A stretch of 64,000 nt of DNA from Stegostoma tigrinum (taxonomy: Eukaryota): assembly GCF_030684315.1 (NCBI RefSeq), contig NC_081362.1, positions 47,829,744 to 47,893,743 of the forward strand, given 5' to 3'. The first letter of the stretch is position 1, and each line of letters opens with the position of its first letter. Below, in pieces: positions 11,391-25,074 of the stretch. Made by a program: the position numbers and the translations under genes. Under the pieces are notes generated by a model. It did not search any database, was not told the DNA's origin, and worked only from the letters and a program-made list of their open reading frames with translations.

Positions 11391-13487
11391 ATCCGTCAGA
11401 CCGAACATCTGTCAACTAAATTTTTGCACTCAAAGGAAAATTAAATGCATCTGTCCGTGGATTAGATCAGCACAATCCTGAATTTGAAGTACAGCTCATT
11501 TATCCAAGCTCAAAACTAACCCACATTTATATCTGCATTGTGACAAAATGTCAACTCAAAATTATAAAACTGTAATTAGTTATGGCTTACCCCCCACCAC
11601 CCAAGAAAAGCATACTGAGGACCTCCACATAAATTAACACAGTTTTAACACAGTTAGTTAACACAGTTTACAAAGCAATCAGATGAAAATCAAATTTTAC
11701 AGTTAAAGCCAATTTTAAAGAATTACTTTTAATAGAAGTCAATTAAGAAGAATGAGACAGGCAGACTTACAATCACAAAAGTGACAAATTTACCTTCATA
11801 GTTGACCAGAACATTACTGAGTCAATTTATTTTTAGTTGGTTTAGTTGAAGTATATAGGGGCTCCTAATTTTTCTCTACAGTAACATTCACTTGAGCTGC
11901 TAGGCAAACAGAAAGAATCTCTATTTAAATACAACAATTGGCACCAGTGACAAGGTGGTACTCCCTCAGTCTGGTACTGGAGCACCTAGGTTATATGCTT
12001 ACTAATACTTCCATTCATGGACAAATTGGGCTGAAGGGTTTGTTTTCACGGTGTGCAGCTCTATGACTCTATGAACTTAATGGAATGTGTAAAGAGCATG
12101 CATGTGCATGTAGCTGCAACCATACAAATTGCTTTGAGTAAAAGAGTACTATATATGTTGAAAAGTACCACATTTAACAACTGGAGCCTCTTAGCAGATT
12201 ATCAGAGGAGCTGACTAAAGGCATATTTTAGGAAGATTTTGAAGTTGAGGCTTGAAAGCGAGTTCCAGGCTATGAAGACAAGAACAGAGTGGCGTGTGGC
12301 TGGCTATACTACATACCAATTTCGGAAGAACCAAGGTGCAATTATGTAGGTAGGGAGAAGGGAGGCCATAGATTATATGTAAACTGAGATTTTACAATCA
12401 ATACATTGAGGCATAGGGAGTCAATAGAATTTGGCAGGGACACAGGCGACAGGAAACCTATCCAAAGCTTTGGCTCTTTAAAACTATTGATTACAATGGC
12501 ACACAAGGGATTATTATAGTAGGAGCTACTGAAGCATGACTGACTGATTTCCATCACTAGTAATCCCATTTGCATTTTTAAAGAAAAAAATGGCACAACG
12601 TAAGTTTGATTAGCAATGTTATGACACATCATCTAAGCATTTGCCCTAATAGGAAGCAATGGCGTGAAACATGGCATTACGTAGTAAATTGTCATACTTT
12701 GCATCAATTTAGCTGGGTTTAGTTGACATAATTATTTAAGAAATTATTATTTTTCAAATAATCCCAAATTTAAGAACATTGCTTACAACAATTAACCCCA
12801 AAGTCAACTGAACATTTCCAAAATCAAATTAACAATTATGCCCAAGTATGCAGGAAGCTCTCCCTTCTTTTGGCTAATCGGTGTTCAGTAACTGGATATA
12901 ATTAAACTATGTGTGAAAACTTCTATAGTTTTGGTTAGTTGGCAAGCGCTGTTATTATTATTGCTTCCAATCCAAGCTACAGACCCAGAAAGAAAAATGT
13001 ATAATTTGACTAGATTACGACATCAATAAACTGCCTCTTTTGGTCAGGAGAATCACACAACTAATTTAATCACCAATTTGTTGGTTTACTTGGAACAGAA
13101 GATGAATCCCATAAATGAAGGTGACTCATCAACTGTCGACAGTGATCTGTAATACTGCAAACCTGTCTAGTTAAGGTATTGGATTACACAGTATGCTACA
13201 GTAATCAGCTCAGTTTCACTCTCCCATTACCTATTTCCAACAGGATTTCTATCCTAGTTAATATTTAAAGGAATTAACAGTTTTCAGGGAAACATTCCTT
13301 TTCAATACTTTGAAATTGCAGTGAGGTGACAAACGTCAATTACGAATTTCCTATATTGAGGTCAATTCTTGAAAAATTAATTCATAATCTTAAAGGAAAC
13401 AGGACTAAAAACAGAAATCAACAAAGAAGATAGATGAGAGTACTTCTTGGAGTACAACTCGTTGGTAAAAACTTAAAATGAACCAAT

Positions 13488-13822
13488 CTCTGCCTCTGGG
13501 CCAGGAGGCTGGGTTCAAATGCCAATTGTTCCAGAGATACATCATAATAATGTTGAAAAGGTTGATTAGAAAGTTTCTGCAATTAATCAATGGGATCACT
13601 GTAGTGATATTTCATTGGTCATTTATAAATACTTTAAAATTACTTAAATGAAGGAAGTCAATTGCCTATTTTCAGTTACTCAATAAATGGTGCTGTTTCT
13701 GTCATCTTCTCAGGCTCTTGTGGTACAATGGTCTGTCCCTAGCTCTGAGCCAGGAGGTCTGGGTTCAAGTTCCACCTGTTTCAGAGATGTGATAACATCT
13801 CTGAACGGTGAGTATAAAATAC
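13488..13822 (+). mobile_element. Two copies of a short (~110 bp) tRNA-derived SINE (13488-13572, 13713-13822)
   Basis: Both share ctctg(a/g)gccaggagg..ctgggttcaa.t...c..ttgtt.cagagat, including a B-box-like GGTTCAA. Confidence 0.6.
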
Positions 13823-14779
13823 CTGTGATATATTCTCAAAGTTATTACTGCAAATTATAACTCAAATCAACACACATTCACATAAACACGCTTAGCTTCT
13901 TGCAGCGCAACTGGGGAATCAAAAAATGAGTTTCTTTTTTAATAAAAAGTGAGGAGTTATGAACAGCACATCATGTTCTCTGCTTACTGGAATAAATTGC
14001 ATCATCAGTTACACTTACAAAGAAAAATTATGAATGCTTGGAACAATGGGTAGTATGCAGCACATTCAACTCACTTGAACAGTTTGGGTTCAGTGCCTGT
14101 TGGATTGAGTTAATACAAAATCCACTCAATTTGGTACTAACTGGAATTTGCATTATGGAGCAAACACAAAAATTTATATCTTTGGATTTTAGAATCTCAC
14201 ACAAAATTATAATTTTGAAGGCAGGTATAGAGAATTTTATTCTGATACAACCTTTGTCCTAAATTTGGATGCTGCCAGAGATTTGCAAAGTGTGAAGTGT
14301 CACACTACATGGCACATGCAGCCACTGAGCATGTTTGGACTAAATTTAATCTCTCATTTGTGGGTACATTATTTTCTTAGTAGAGGTATACGGGCCAAAC
14401 GCAGGCAAATGGGACAAGTTCACTTTGAGATACCTGGAAGGCATGGACAAGATGGACAGAAGGGTCTGCTTCCATGTAGTATGACTAACTATAACAGTGA
14501 CAGTTAGCAATGGTAGTTAGGTAACTGATTTGCAGGAAATTGCTGGGCTTTGTTATGCAAGGAAGTTAAATTACATTTAAAAAAATAGTATTTGTGCAAT
14601 AGTGTAATATTAGTAACGGTACATTTATTTCACACCCTGACCACAAATTCAAACAAATTTTCCCAAAAAGCATGGGCACTGATTTGGAAAAATATTTACA
14701 TTATTTAAATATATATATATAAAACTTCTTTAACTAGTAAAAGGTAAAAGACAAATATTTACATTAAGCCCAAAGAGAG

Positions 14780-15370
14780 AGTAGGATAGGTAACTGAAAT
14801 ATTGGTTAAACAGGTAGAGGGAAATGCCTTCAAAGAGACAGGGAGGGATGTTAAGAATATTAGAGAGTTTAGGATCAAAACAGTTTAAGGATACCACCCA
14901 CGATGGGATGAAGTAAGCTGGGAACACACAAGAGGGCTGAGTGAAAACACAATCAGGGTAGTAAAGTTGTAGAATATTATACAGGTAGGGAGGGGAAAAC
15001 ATGGAGTGATTTGAACACTACTTTAAGTATTTTAAAGCCAAGGTAATAGTGGACTGGGAGTCAAACTAAGTCAGCAAGAACAGATATGACAGATAGTTGG
15101 GAACTGGCATGAGTCAGAGTGGCTTTATAGGTAGCATTCTAGTTGATGTCAAGCTTATGAAGGGTGCAAGGTGAGAAGGCCAACTAGGAAAACACTGGAA
15201 GAATCAAGCTGAATTGTATGAATCAGAGCTTCAGCACACCATAGGCAGACACACATGATGGTAAGGAGGTAACATTTGTGGGCTTTCATGACAGATAGAG
15301 TATTGAGTGGCATGATCAGCTCAATGTCAAACAGGACTACAAAGTTGGGAACTACCTAATTTAGCCGATT
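14780..15370 (-). mobile_element. Decayed L2-clade LINE fragment
   Basis: Purine-rich + strand with segments similar to the L2 copy at 43660-44940. Confidence 0.45.
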
Positions 15371-18354
15371 TTGTGCCAAATCAAAACATGTTGTATTTTA
15401 TTAAAATTAATTACACTCCTGCATTGTAATATTTTGGCATGTTAACTCACTGCTTTCTTCCTTAATCATCCTCAGATGCAGTAACTCAAGGTATTGTCAA
15501 AATTTCTGGTCTAAGTCCCAATATAACTCAAAGACACAATGTTATGGCCTAAAAATCAAGAGCGGTAACAATTAGGCAGAATGGATTTTAGTTTGAAAAT
15601 CTGGGAGCTGAAATCAAATCATTTCAGTCTACAGATACTGCTTGACTCGAGTATTTCCCATAACTTTCTTTTATTTCACATGTCCGGAAGCTTGCACAAT
15701 ATTTTGCTGTGACAGATTCTCTACTTTATACTGTCCCATTTCTTTCAAGATGCATTCCTACAATACATTTAGCATCAGAACAATGTTGCAGTTATAGTAT
15801 AAAGAACAGGAAAATGAAATCTCCAGAAGGATAGTGTTCACTTCACTTTAACTAAGTCAGTTAAGCTTCATATCTAATTCACATTCCAAATTTAACATTA
15901 CTGCAGAACCAAAGCAGCTCAGCAACTAAACACGGTAACTTAAAAATTGCTCCCAAAAACAATCACAGAGGAAAGTGCTGAAAGGCCTTGGTAAATAAAA
16001 CTTACTGCTAAGAATTCTTCCTCTTCTTTCTATTCTTCTAGAAGTAACTGGTTTGCTTCTTTGGTGCCTCTGCTCTCTCTTCTTCTTATGCAACTAACTT
16101 CAAGGAGAATTGCAATGATTGCTAGTGACTTGGAGTGAATAATCTGACAAGAATACTCACAGTCAAAGTCAAGGCACTGTCCACATAATAGACCATTCTT
16201 GACTTTACTAACTTTAACCAACTCTTCAATAAATTCAAAGAGAGACAACAGAAGTCAATTATAAACTAACCTGCGGATTTACAACCTCTTTAAATACCGT
16301 GCTGGGTGAGCCCTTTCAACTGTTGAACATGTGGCTGTCTTTGATGCTTGAGACAGGGTATTAGCTGGAGTGATTAAGTCAGAAGTGGTAAATCTGGCAT
16401 CAAAGGAACACTGCACATGTATGTCAAAACCTGCCTGCTCTGCACTTTTGACACAAACTCCTAACATCTGGGCTAACACCCTGACTAAGATGGTATCCGT
16501 GGCATGTACAAGCATGCATGCATAGCACAGGAGTCATTTTGGCACCCAAACAATAGTTGAAGCATCAAAACTACAGATGCAAGTGAAATTTCATGGCCCA
16601 TCTGTCAAGACTCTGCTCTACATCACAATTTCAAAGCAATACTCTCACATGACTTTCGCACAAAGATTAAATATGAAAAATCAGAACCCCCTGAACTAAC
16701 GCAATGTGTGGACTAATTTTCCCTCAACCAACTTGAAACACATGAAAGATGGTGAAATTTACAGAACAAGAGCATGTCGGATACAGTCACATACAAAACA
16801 GCCATTTCATTTTTCTACATATCGCTCACTGCACTTCAAATGTATTTATGTGAAGCACTGATTTTTGTTTAAAATGTCCACATAAATGCACTTATTCTTC
16901 TTCAAGAATTCCTATTTTGATTCATTGCTTGAGGGAACAACAAAACCTACGTTGCAAACATAATCAATGGCATTTCAAAATTATGTAATTTACTCCTAGT
17001 CATATGTTCCATTTAACTATCAGACCAAAGAACGTCAACAAATACAATATGAAAGCCTGAATTTGAATATGTGTGACGATGCCATTGCAGCTTCTTCCTT
17101 CACAGAGAAAGTTATCAAGTTTCTCTATTCAAAGCTGGTATGTATCTCACTGAAATATACTCACTGCTTGCCTCTTAAACAAACTGACTGTATCAAAAGT
17201 AAATTTTCACTATAATTGTAACTGCAATATAAAACAATATTTTGCATTGACACAATAGTTTAAGTTCCACATTTGATTGACTTGACAATGGCAAACTAGC
17301 AGAATGAGGCTGCTGGAGGGGGCAGTCCTCACCAGACTCAACTTCAGGTAAACTGTACTTTCACACCCAAGTTAATTATGTTTAATAAACAAAGAACTGT
17401 GGATGTTGAAGATCTGAAACAAGAAATTACTGGAGAGAAATCAGAGTTAAAGAATCCAGTAACTCTTCTTAAGAAGAAGGTTCTAACTTTACACTGGTGC
17501 TAAACTTAGAAAATTAAATCACTACGAACGTTCCAATATTATGTAATATGTAAATCTCTACAAGTCCAAACATGATCTTTTTCGTGTTATATTGTTGACT
17601 AGGGTCTGGATTTAGAAACTAGCCCGATTCCCAATATGGTAGCACATCATTCCCAGGAAATAGGTTCAGTTTCCTTCCTATTTTACTGATGTAATTTCCT
17701 GACTGGACATACAGCAACTATATCAATACTATCTGGGTGGGACGCTCCATATTTTCCTGAATGAGAATTGTGTCTTATGTATTTTTAAAGATATATTTGA
17801 TAGGTCAGAGGAGAAGAAAACTCAAATATAACCAACTAGATATTTTGCAATGGCCAAAGGCTATATATTAACAACTTTTGTCCATAACACCCAAGACCCT
17901 TGAGTATACACTGAACCAATCAAAAAACAATGTACATTTCTTTGTAGGGCATCTTTTGTATGCCCCTTGTAAAAATACACAGCATATGATATTGATAGGC
18001 TTTTCATTGATGTTGTTGATAACAAATGTGCTCTAACTTGTTCAAGTGTGGCTCTCAACTTCTGCACAGAAATACGCTTTTTCAGCTTATTACTACAGAT
18101 ATGCTATTAACAGAGTTAATTAGACTGCAAGAGGTATCATCTAAAGGTAATTTTTTTCAACTTACCTTTTCCAATGTCAAACAGCACAACAGTTTATTTC
18201 AAGCACCAGATGTACACAGTTTTAAGCAAATGCAGACTGACTATTCAAAGAGAAAAGATTATAAAACTTAAAAACAGACGTTCCATCTACATGACTGAAA
18301 ACAATCAATGCTGAAAACAAGTAAAAAGCTTATTTATCAGAGTTACAAAAAGAA

Positions 18355-18635
18355 AGAAACAAACTCTGCATGACTGCCAGATATCTCAAAGCATTTATAG
18401 TGAACAGAATACATTTCACTAATGTAGAAAAAACAGCTAACTCCCAGAAACAGCAATGTGAAAAGGACTGGATAATCTGCTTTTGTGTATTTTAATGAAG
18501 GATAAATTTTGGTTAGGACATCAAGATAACACCCTGCTCTTCTTTGAAAAAGAAATCCTACAGTCCTGTTAAGTCCACCTGAGGGGGCAGAAAGAGACTC
18601 AGTTTAAGATCATATCTGAAAGAAACCTCCACAGC
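18355..18635 (-). mobile_element. Deu-domain SINE (SacSINE1-like)
   Basis: Contains aaacagcaatgtga...ggataatctg, gaaggataaattttggttaggaca...ccctgctcttctttgaa and gtccacctgagggggcaga. Confidence 0.6.
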
Positions 18636-18639
18636 ATTT

Positions 18640-19165
18640 ACTGAGACCACATCTGGAGTAGTGCATACAGTTTTGTTGCCCTTGCTTGAGGAAGCATGTA
18701 ATTGCTTTGGAGACAGTTTAGAGAATATTCACTAGATTAATTCCAGCGATGAAAGGCTTGTTTTACGAGGAGAGATTGAGCATTTTAGGCCTATAACTGC
18801 TAAAATTTAGACGACAGAAGAAATCTTATACAGGCATATAAGGCGCTAAAGAGGATTGACAAAATAGATGTAGAGTGGATAGCTGCAATGTCAGGAAATT
18901 GAAAATGAGAAGTTGCTATGCTAAGGGCTGGCAGATTTAAAACAGAGATGGAGATGAATTGCTTCTCTCAAAGAATGGTTGCCAGGACACAGAATAAATT
19001 TCAACAGGAAACAAGCATTTTTAAATTGTAGCGGGTTGAAAGGTTACGTGGAGGGGGCTAGAAAATGGCATTGAGCCCCAGATGAAATCAGCCATGACTG
19101 TATTAAATAGCTGATCAGGCTCAGGGCTAATTGTCTAATCCTTCTCCAAGTTCTTATGTTCTTAT
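18640..19165 (+). mobile_element. CR1 LINE 3' end
   Basis: Encodes RPHLE...VQF.CP.LRK and FTRLIPAMKGLFYEERL, and ends in a ttcttatgttcttatg tail. Confidence 0.75.
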
Positions 19166-19519
19166 GACACCCGAGATGGCGGAGCTCAATCTCACAGTAT
19201 TATAACACTTAAGTGCAAAAATCAAGGCTGACACTCAAGTCCAAGTGGGAATTGAACCCGAAAATTATGACTCAAGAAAGCTGTGCCAAAGCTGACACTA
19301 TTCACATGCTTGTCAACCATTTGGAAATATCCTATTGGCAATGACAGGCTAAATGTGCAGCACAGAAATAGGCAATATAAATCATTAAGTCTGTTTCCAT
19401 GTTTATCCTTCGCATGAGCCTCTTCCATTTTACATCATTCCACCGTTTCCTATATAATCTTCTATTTCTTTCTTCCTCATGTATATATCTAGCTTCTCCT
19501 TAAATGCATTTATGCTATT

Positions 19520-19825
19520 TAGATTACCTACAGTGTGGAAACAGGCCCTTCGGCACAATAAGTCCACACTGCCGCTTGAAGCATCCCACCCAGACCCATC
19601 CCCCTATAACCCACACACCCCTGAACACTATGGGCAATTTGGCATGGCCAATCCACCTAGCCTGCACATCTTTGGCCTGTGGGAGGAAACCGGAGCACCC
19701 AGAGGAAACCCACGCAGACACGGGGAGAATGTGCAAACTCCACACAGACAGTCACCCGAGGCGGGAATCGAACCTGGGTCCCTGGCGCTGTGAGGCTGCA
19801 GTGCTAACCACTGAGCCACCATGCC
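19520..19825 (-). mobile_element. HE1-type SINE (young, full length)
   Basis: Reverse complement starts ggcatggtggctcagtggttagcactgcagcctcacagcgccagggacccaggttcgattcc (A and B boxes) and ends with a HER1-like tail. Confidence 0.9.
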
Positions 19826-20689
19826 TATTTGCTTTCCTATCCATCCTTGTCATCGTAAGCTCTACATTTTGACGTTCACTTTCACTCCAGTACATTATGG
19901 TTTGAATTTAATAGTGATTAAAAGGCTGAGGGAATAGTTTCATATTTAATTTTTACTGGCATCAATAATATACACATGATCAGATTGTTTTCAGTGATGT
20001 AGCCAAGAACCAGAACTAAATTAAGAAAGCAGGTAATCCAGTTCAATAGGAGGAAGATTGATTTGATTGATTAGTTAGACTGGGACAAGACTAAGTGACT
20101 CAAATCAAGACAAATGCTGTGAGCAGATCTGTTGGACTGAAGGGTCTGATTCTGAGATCTAATGTTCTGGTTCCAGATCACCAGGTTCAATGGCATTAAA
20201 TGTACGGGAGTCTTGACTGACATACTTGTGAGCTACGAAAATAAATATAAACCATACAAATGCCAATAAATTAATGTGGCAGAATGGCAGAGGCTTAAGA
20301 TTGTTTCTCTGCTCAAATCCCATTTCAAAGTCTTCAGGTTAGTAACGAGGATGCATTGACACAGAAAACATTTAAGGCTGATAACAGATGTATTTTCATC
20401 AGTTATTTAGAAATTTAAGAGTAGCCTTTTTATAAATCTTCCTTTTTTCAAAAACATCCCACAGAATATCCGTGGAATAAATTGATTTCCTTCACCCTCC
20501 TCTTCTAGATTTAAGTCCTTCCAAGGCATTTTTATATGCTCTACTTTCCATTTGGAGTTGGTTCGATTTCAGGTATAACTTCTAGTCATTATTTTTTCCA
20601 ATTCAACACTGCATAGTCTCATCCTAGACTTTCAAACCTCCTGCCAGCTTGACATAACCGCAATATGCCAATTGCATGTTGAGATCTAC

Positions 20690-20945
20690 TCCAGGGCTTG
20701 AGCACATAATCAACATGAACACCTTAATGTAGTATGAAGATAGAATGTTCCATTGTCAGAAATACTGCTTTTGAGATAAGAGGCTAAAACAAGGTCAAGT
20801 CTTCCCTTAGAACAGAAAGGATCCAAGGCTCAGAGAAGCTCTCCTGATGCCATGGTGAACATTTACCCCACAAAAAAAAACACGAATGCCAAGCGATCTT
20901 ATTTCATACTTGTGGGACCTTGCAATGTTCAAATTGGTCGTTACA
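20690..20945 (+). mobile_element. Deu-domain SINE fragment
   Basis: Contains gggcttgagcacataatc, ttgtcagaaatactgcttttgagataagag and ttgtgggaccttgcaatgttcaaattgg. Confidence 0.5.
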
Positions 20946-20954
20946 TTTGGTTCA

Positions 20955-22280
20955 ATTTTGATTTGATTTGATTTATTAATGTCATATGTACCAAGATACC
21001 AGGAAAAATATTGTTTTGCACACTTTCCAGGCAAATCATATCTTACATAAGTAGATCAGGATACTGGAACAGAATGCAGAGATTTGTATTACCGCTACTA
21101 AGAAGGTGCAGAGAAAGATCAACTCTAACATATAAGAAGTTTGTTCATAAGTCTGCTAAGAGGGGAAGAAGCTGTTCTTGAATTGTTGGTACGTACTTTC
21201 AAACTTTTGAATCTTCTGCTGGATGGAAGAGCATGGAATAGAATATACGGGGTGGTATACCGGGTGCCTTCCCGAAACACTGGTTAAGTATAGATGGGGT
21301 CAACGGAAGGAAAAATGGTTTTAATGATGGGCTGGCTGCATTTAGAACCCTCTGTAATTTCTTGCAGCCTTGGGCAAAGCAGTTGCCATACAAAGCTGTG
21401 ATGCACCCAAATAGGATGCTTTCCTATCTGGGAAGAGTCATTGTGGACATGCCAAACTTCCTTAGTCTTCTGAGGAAGTAGAGGTATTGGTGTGCTTTCT
21501 TGACTTTAACATTGACATGTATGGACCAGGACAGATTATTGGTGATATTTACTCCTAAGAGCTTGAGCTCTTGACCATCTCTAATGATGGGCAGGAATGT
21601 GTCCATTCTGCTTCCTGAGGTCAATGAGCAACTCTTTTGTTCTGCTGACATTAAAAGGAGGGATTGTTGCCTTTGCACCATGCCATTAAGCTGTCTATCT
21701 CTTTTCTGTTCTCTGTCTCGTTGTTGTTTGAGATTCAACCCACGGCGCTGTCATCAGCAAAGTTATAAATGGAGTTAGAGCGGAATTTGGCCACATAGCC
21801 ATGAGTGTAAAAGGAGTACAGTAAGGGGCTGAGTACAGAGTGTTGAGGATTATTATGGAGGAGGTGCTGTGATCAATCCTTTTTGATTGCGCTCTGCAAG
21901 TCAAGAAGTTGAGGATCCAATTGTAGAGGGCGGGGAGCTGTATCCTCAGTCTCAGAATTTGGAGATGAGTTTTGTTGGAATTACAGTGTTGAAGGTGGAG
22001 CTAAAGTTAATATATAGGGAATGTGATGTAGGTTGGGTCCCTGTTATCCAGGTTTTCCAGGGATGAGTGTAGGTCAGGGAGATGGCGTCTGCTGTAGACC
22101 TAATGTGACAGTTGGTGAATTGTAGTGGACGAAGGCAATCTGGGAGGTCAAAGCACTTCATACTGATAGACGTCAGAGCCACCATGCAGTAGTCATTAAG
22201 ACACAATGCCTGATTTTTCTTTGGCACCAGGATTATAGTGGTCTTCTTAAAGCAGGTGGGAGCCTGACATTGGAGTAAGT
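20955..22280 (-). mobile_element. Rex1/Babar-clade LINE, 5'-truncated and decayed
   Basis: ORF-track peptides PKKNQALCLNDYCMVALTSISMKCF, FSSTFNTVIPTKLISK and LLGVNITNNLSWSIHVNVKVKKAHQYLYFLRRLRKFGMS. Ends in an aataaatcaaatcaaaatc tail. Confidence 0.85.
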
Positions 22281-23505
22281 ACCCATATAATAAATGGGTA
22301 CAATCTAAAAGTAATCAATTGATTGCACAGCATTTTGTGGGTGGTTTACATGTGAAATACAGAGTTTCTTTCTGCAGTCACTTCATGGCACCAGGGAGAA
22401 TACAAGTGGAAGTGAAAGTGAGAGAATGTGTGTGCATGAGACAGAAAGACTACAAAAATGAGGACTGGAAGAAGGCAGAAAAGGACAGCTCCGGGGGGAG
22501 GATCGAAGAAAATGTGATTATCATGCATGGAAAAAGTGCCATTTTGCTCATTGCCCAGTGTTGATTACAAGAGAACTATGCAGCTATTCCCATTTCATTC
22601 CGTCCCCAGACATTTTACTTCCTTTCCCACACACTACTCTACTGCTTTTTGTAAATGAATTTTGTTTCTACCATTACCTGTGACAAACCATTTCACATCC
22701 TACCAATTCTGACAAAATATTCTTCTAATTTCTCCTTTACTTTTTTAGACATGCTTAAATTTGCACTCTCTGGACAGTAACTCATCTGGATGAAAATTGG
22801 AAACAAATATTTACTTCAAAGTTTCTCAACTTTTGAACCTCTCAAATCACATCTGCTCTTATCATTATTGCTTTGATGGAAATAACCCATTTTCTCCCTC
22901 CTAAATGAAGCAACTGAGGCCTGGTGAAATCTTAGCAAATGTCTTCTACAATTTAACTATAGCAGGGATTCACAACAATGATTTATATAGATTTAGCTTT
23001 ATCTTATTGATTTTGCATTCTATATGCCCATTTATAATGACAAGCTTTGCAGATTTTTAAAAAGATCACTTTATCAATATTTCAGCCTACTTTCAAAGAT
23101 CAACGTATTAGAATCTTCACGTTTGTTTTTGATCATTATGTACACAGGATAAAAAAAACACTTAGAAGTATGCACACACATGATCTTAATGCCCTCATCT
23201 TGTAACACCATCTTTTTTTCACCACCTTCTAAAAAAATGGCAATATTTAATATGCTTCTCTCAAAAATCCATGTCTTACCCCTCAAAGACAAATGGAGAA
23301 GCCCAAAAATCCATAACTTGCTATTTGTTGTCCAAACCATTTCTTTTCTTCTAGGATTCTGTAATATTTCAAAAATGTAGTTGCATACTCGTGTGTGCTT
23401 GTAAGGAGTTAGTCTTTAGCAACAGCAATGTAATACAGTTCCATAAATGAATCACTGAGCAATATCAATCTTCCCATATTAAACTGAATTTCCTGGTTTC
23501 TCTAT

Positions 23506-23800
23506 TTAGATTAGATTCCCCACAGTGTGGAAACAGGCCCTTCGGCCCAACAAGTCCACACCACCCCTTGAAGCATCCCACCCAGACCCATCCCCCTATA
23601 GCCCACACACGCCTGAACACTACGGGAAATCTAGCATGGCCGATTCACCTAGCCTGCACGTCTTTGGACTGTGGGAGGAAACTTATGCAGACACGGGGAG
23701 AACGTGCAAACTCCACACAGACAGTCGTCCGAGGCTGGAATCAAACCCGAGTCCCTGGTGCTGTGAGGCTGCAGTGCTAACCACTGAGCCACCATGCCGC
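23506..23800 (-). mobile_element. HE1-type SINE (young)
   Basis: Closely similar to 19520-19825, with an (agatt)n tail. Confidence 0.9.
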
Positions 23801-25074
23801 TGTAGTTCTTTTTGGCTACAACACAACAACAAATAAACCGACCACTTGCATATTAGCGATTTCAATAATGACTTCAACGGTTTGATACAGAACCCCTCAA
23901 TCTTTTAATCACTACTGAATCCAAAATCATAGCAGGATTTCAATTTCATAAACTCCATGTACTCACTAGGAAGTGTGGGCAATACATTCAGAATCCATGC
24001 TCTTGGTCATACCTTCTTTACAGCCAACATAGTTCTTATTATGGGATTGCAATGGTACAGTTCTCTAATGAGGTCTCCCAAAACTTTATGAAAGTACAAT
24101 TTAGACCGAATAGTGTGCACACTACATCCTCGAAACAGGTTATTGTCAATTGAAACTATTCAGCAGGAACTTGAACTTTGTCAAGTTATCAATATCATCC
24201 TCACGACTCCTTTCTATCATCTTGAACCTGCTTACAAATTCTCCGTTTGATACTTAAAAAGAATACTTAAGAGAATTTAGGGAGACATTTAACATGCACC
24301 TAATTAACGACAAGTTGTAGTCGACAATTTATTTTCTTTCCAAAAGTCTTTATTATAAAATAAGCATGAATTCAGTAATTGTGTGATTTGTCACCAGTTC
24401 CAATTTATTAAAAAATGCAAAACAGTTCAGACCAGTGAAAATGAGACATGATATTATAAAATATGGCTTGCTAATATAATCTTTTGGAAACTGAAGTAAC
24501 TACTTCCGTTATTCTATATAAAATCACCATGTGTCTTCTTCTTTAAAAATGATCACCATTATCAAAGAAACTTATTTTCTATCAAGCATCCCCTATCAAT
24601 GTTAGGCATTGCAAATAATCTGTTTCTCTACTCTTTTTGCAATTTAATTGTACTCTACTTGTTGCTTCTCCCAAAAATGTACCTTACATTTATTTATATT
24701 AAATTTCACAAAATTTTCCTTGCCTAATTTATCTCTTTTTGTAGTTTCTTACAATACTATTTATTCCTACTGTTCTGGCAACTGCACAAGTACTACAGTT
24801 GCATTCAGATCATGAAGTATTTCTCACAAGCTGCTGTTGCTGTTGTAACATGGTTTGCAGATCAAGTGATTAGCACTCCAACCATTATTATCATTACTAA
24901 CAACTTGAGGAAACCATATATTCAATACTCATAAGATCCGAATAACTCAAAATAAATTAAAGCAACCTGCATTTGTCCCTTCTGCACCATCGTTAGCTCA
25001 CTTTACAAAGTCACTCTGCTTCCCTGCCTTAATATTTTTAGATCCATCCATCCATCCTACCTCAATCAGAAAAT

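Noticed and set aside
11634-11669. Three copies of ttaacacagtt
   Set aside because: Tiny slippage-type tandem duplication with no spacers or further structure.
16271-16515. ORF 16279-16515 and donor at 16271 as a coding exon
   Set aside because: Every acceptor/frame combination tried contains a stop, and no ATG is in phase 1 with the donor.
19760-19825. tRNA-like sequence (also 23740-23800 and 61944-62005)
   Set aside because: These are tRNA-derived heads of HE1 SINEs, not tRNA genes.
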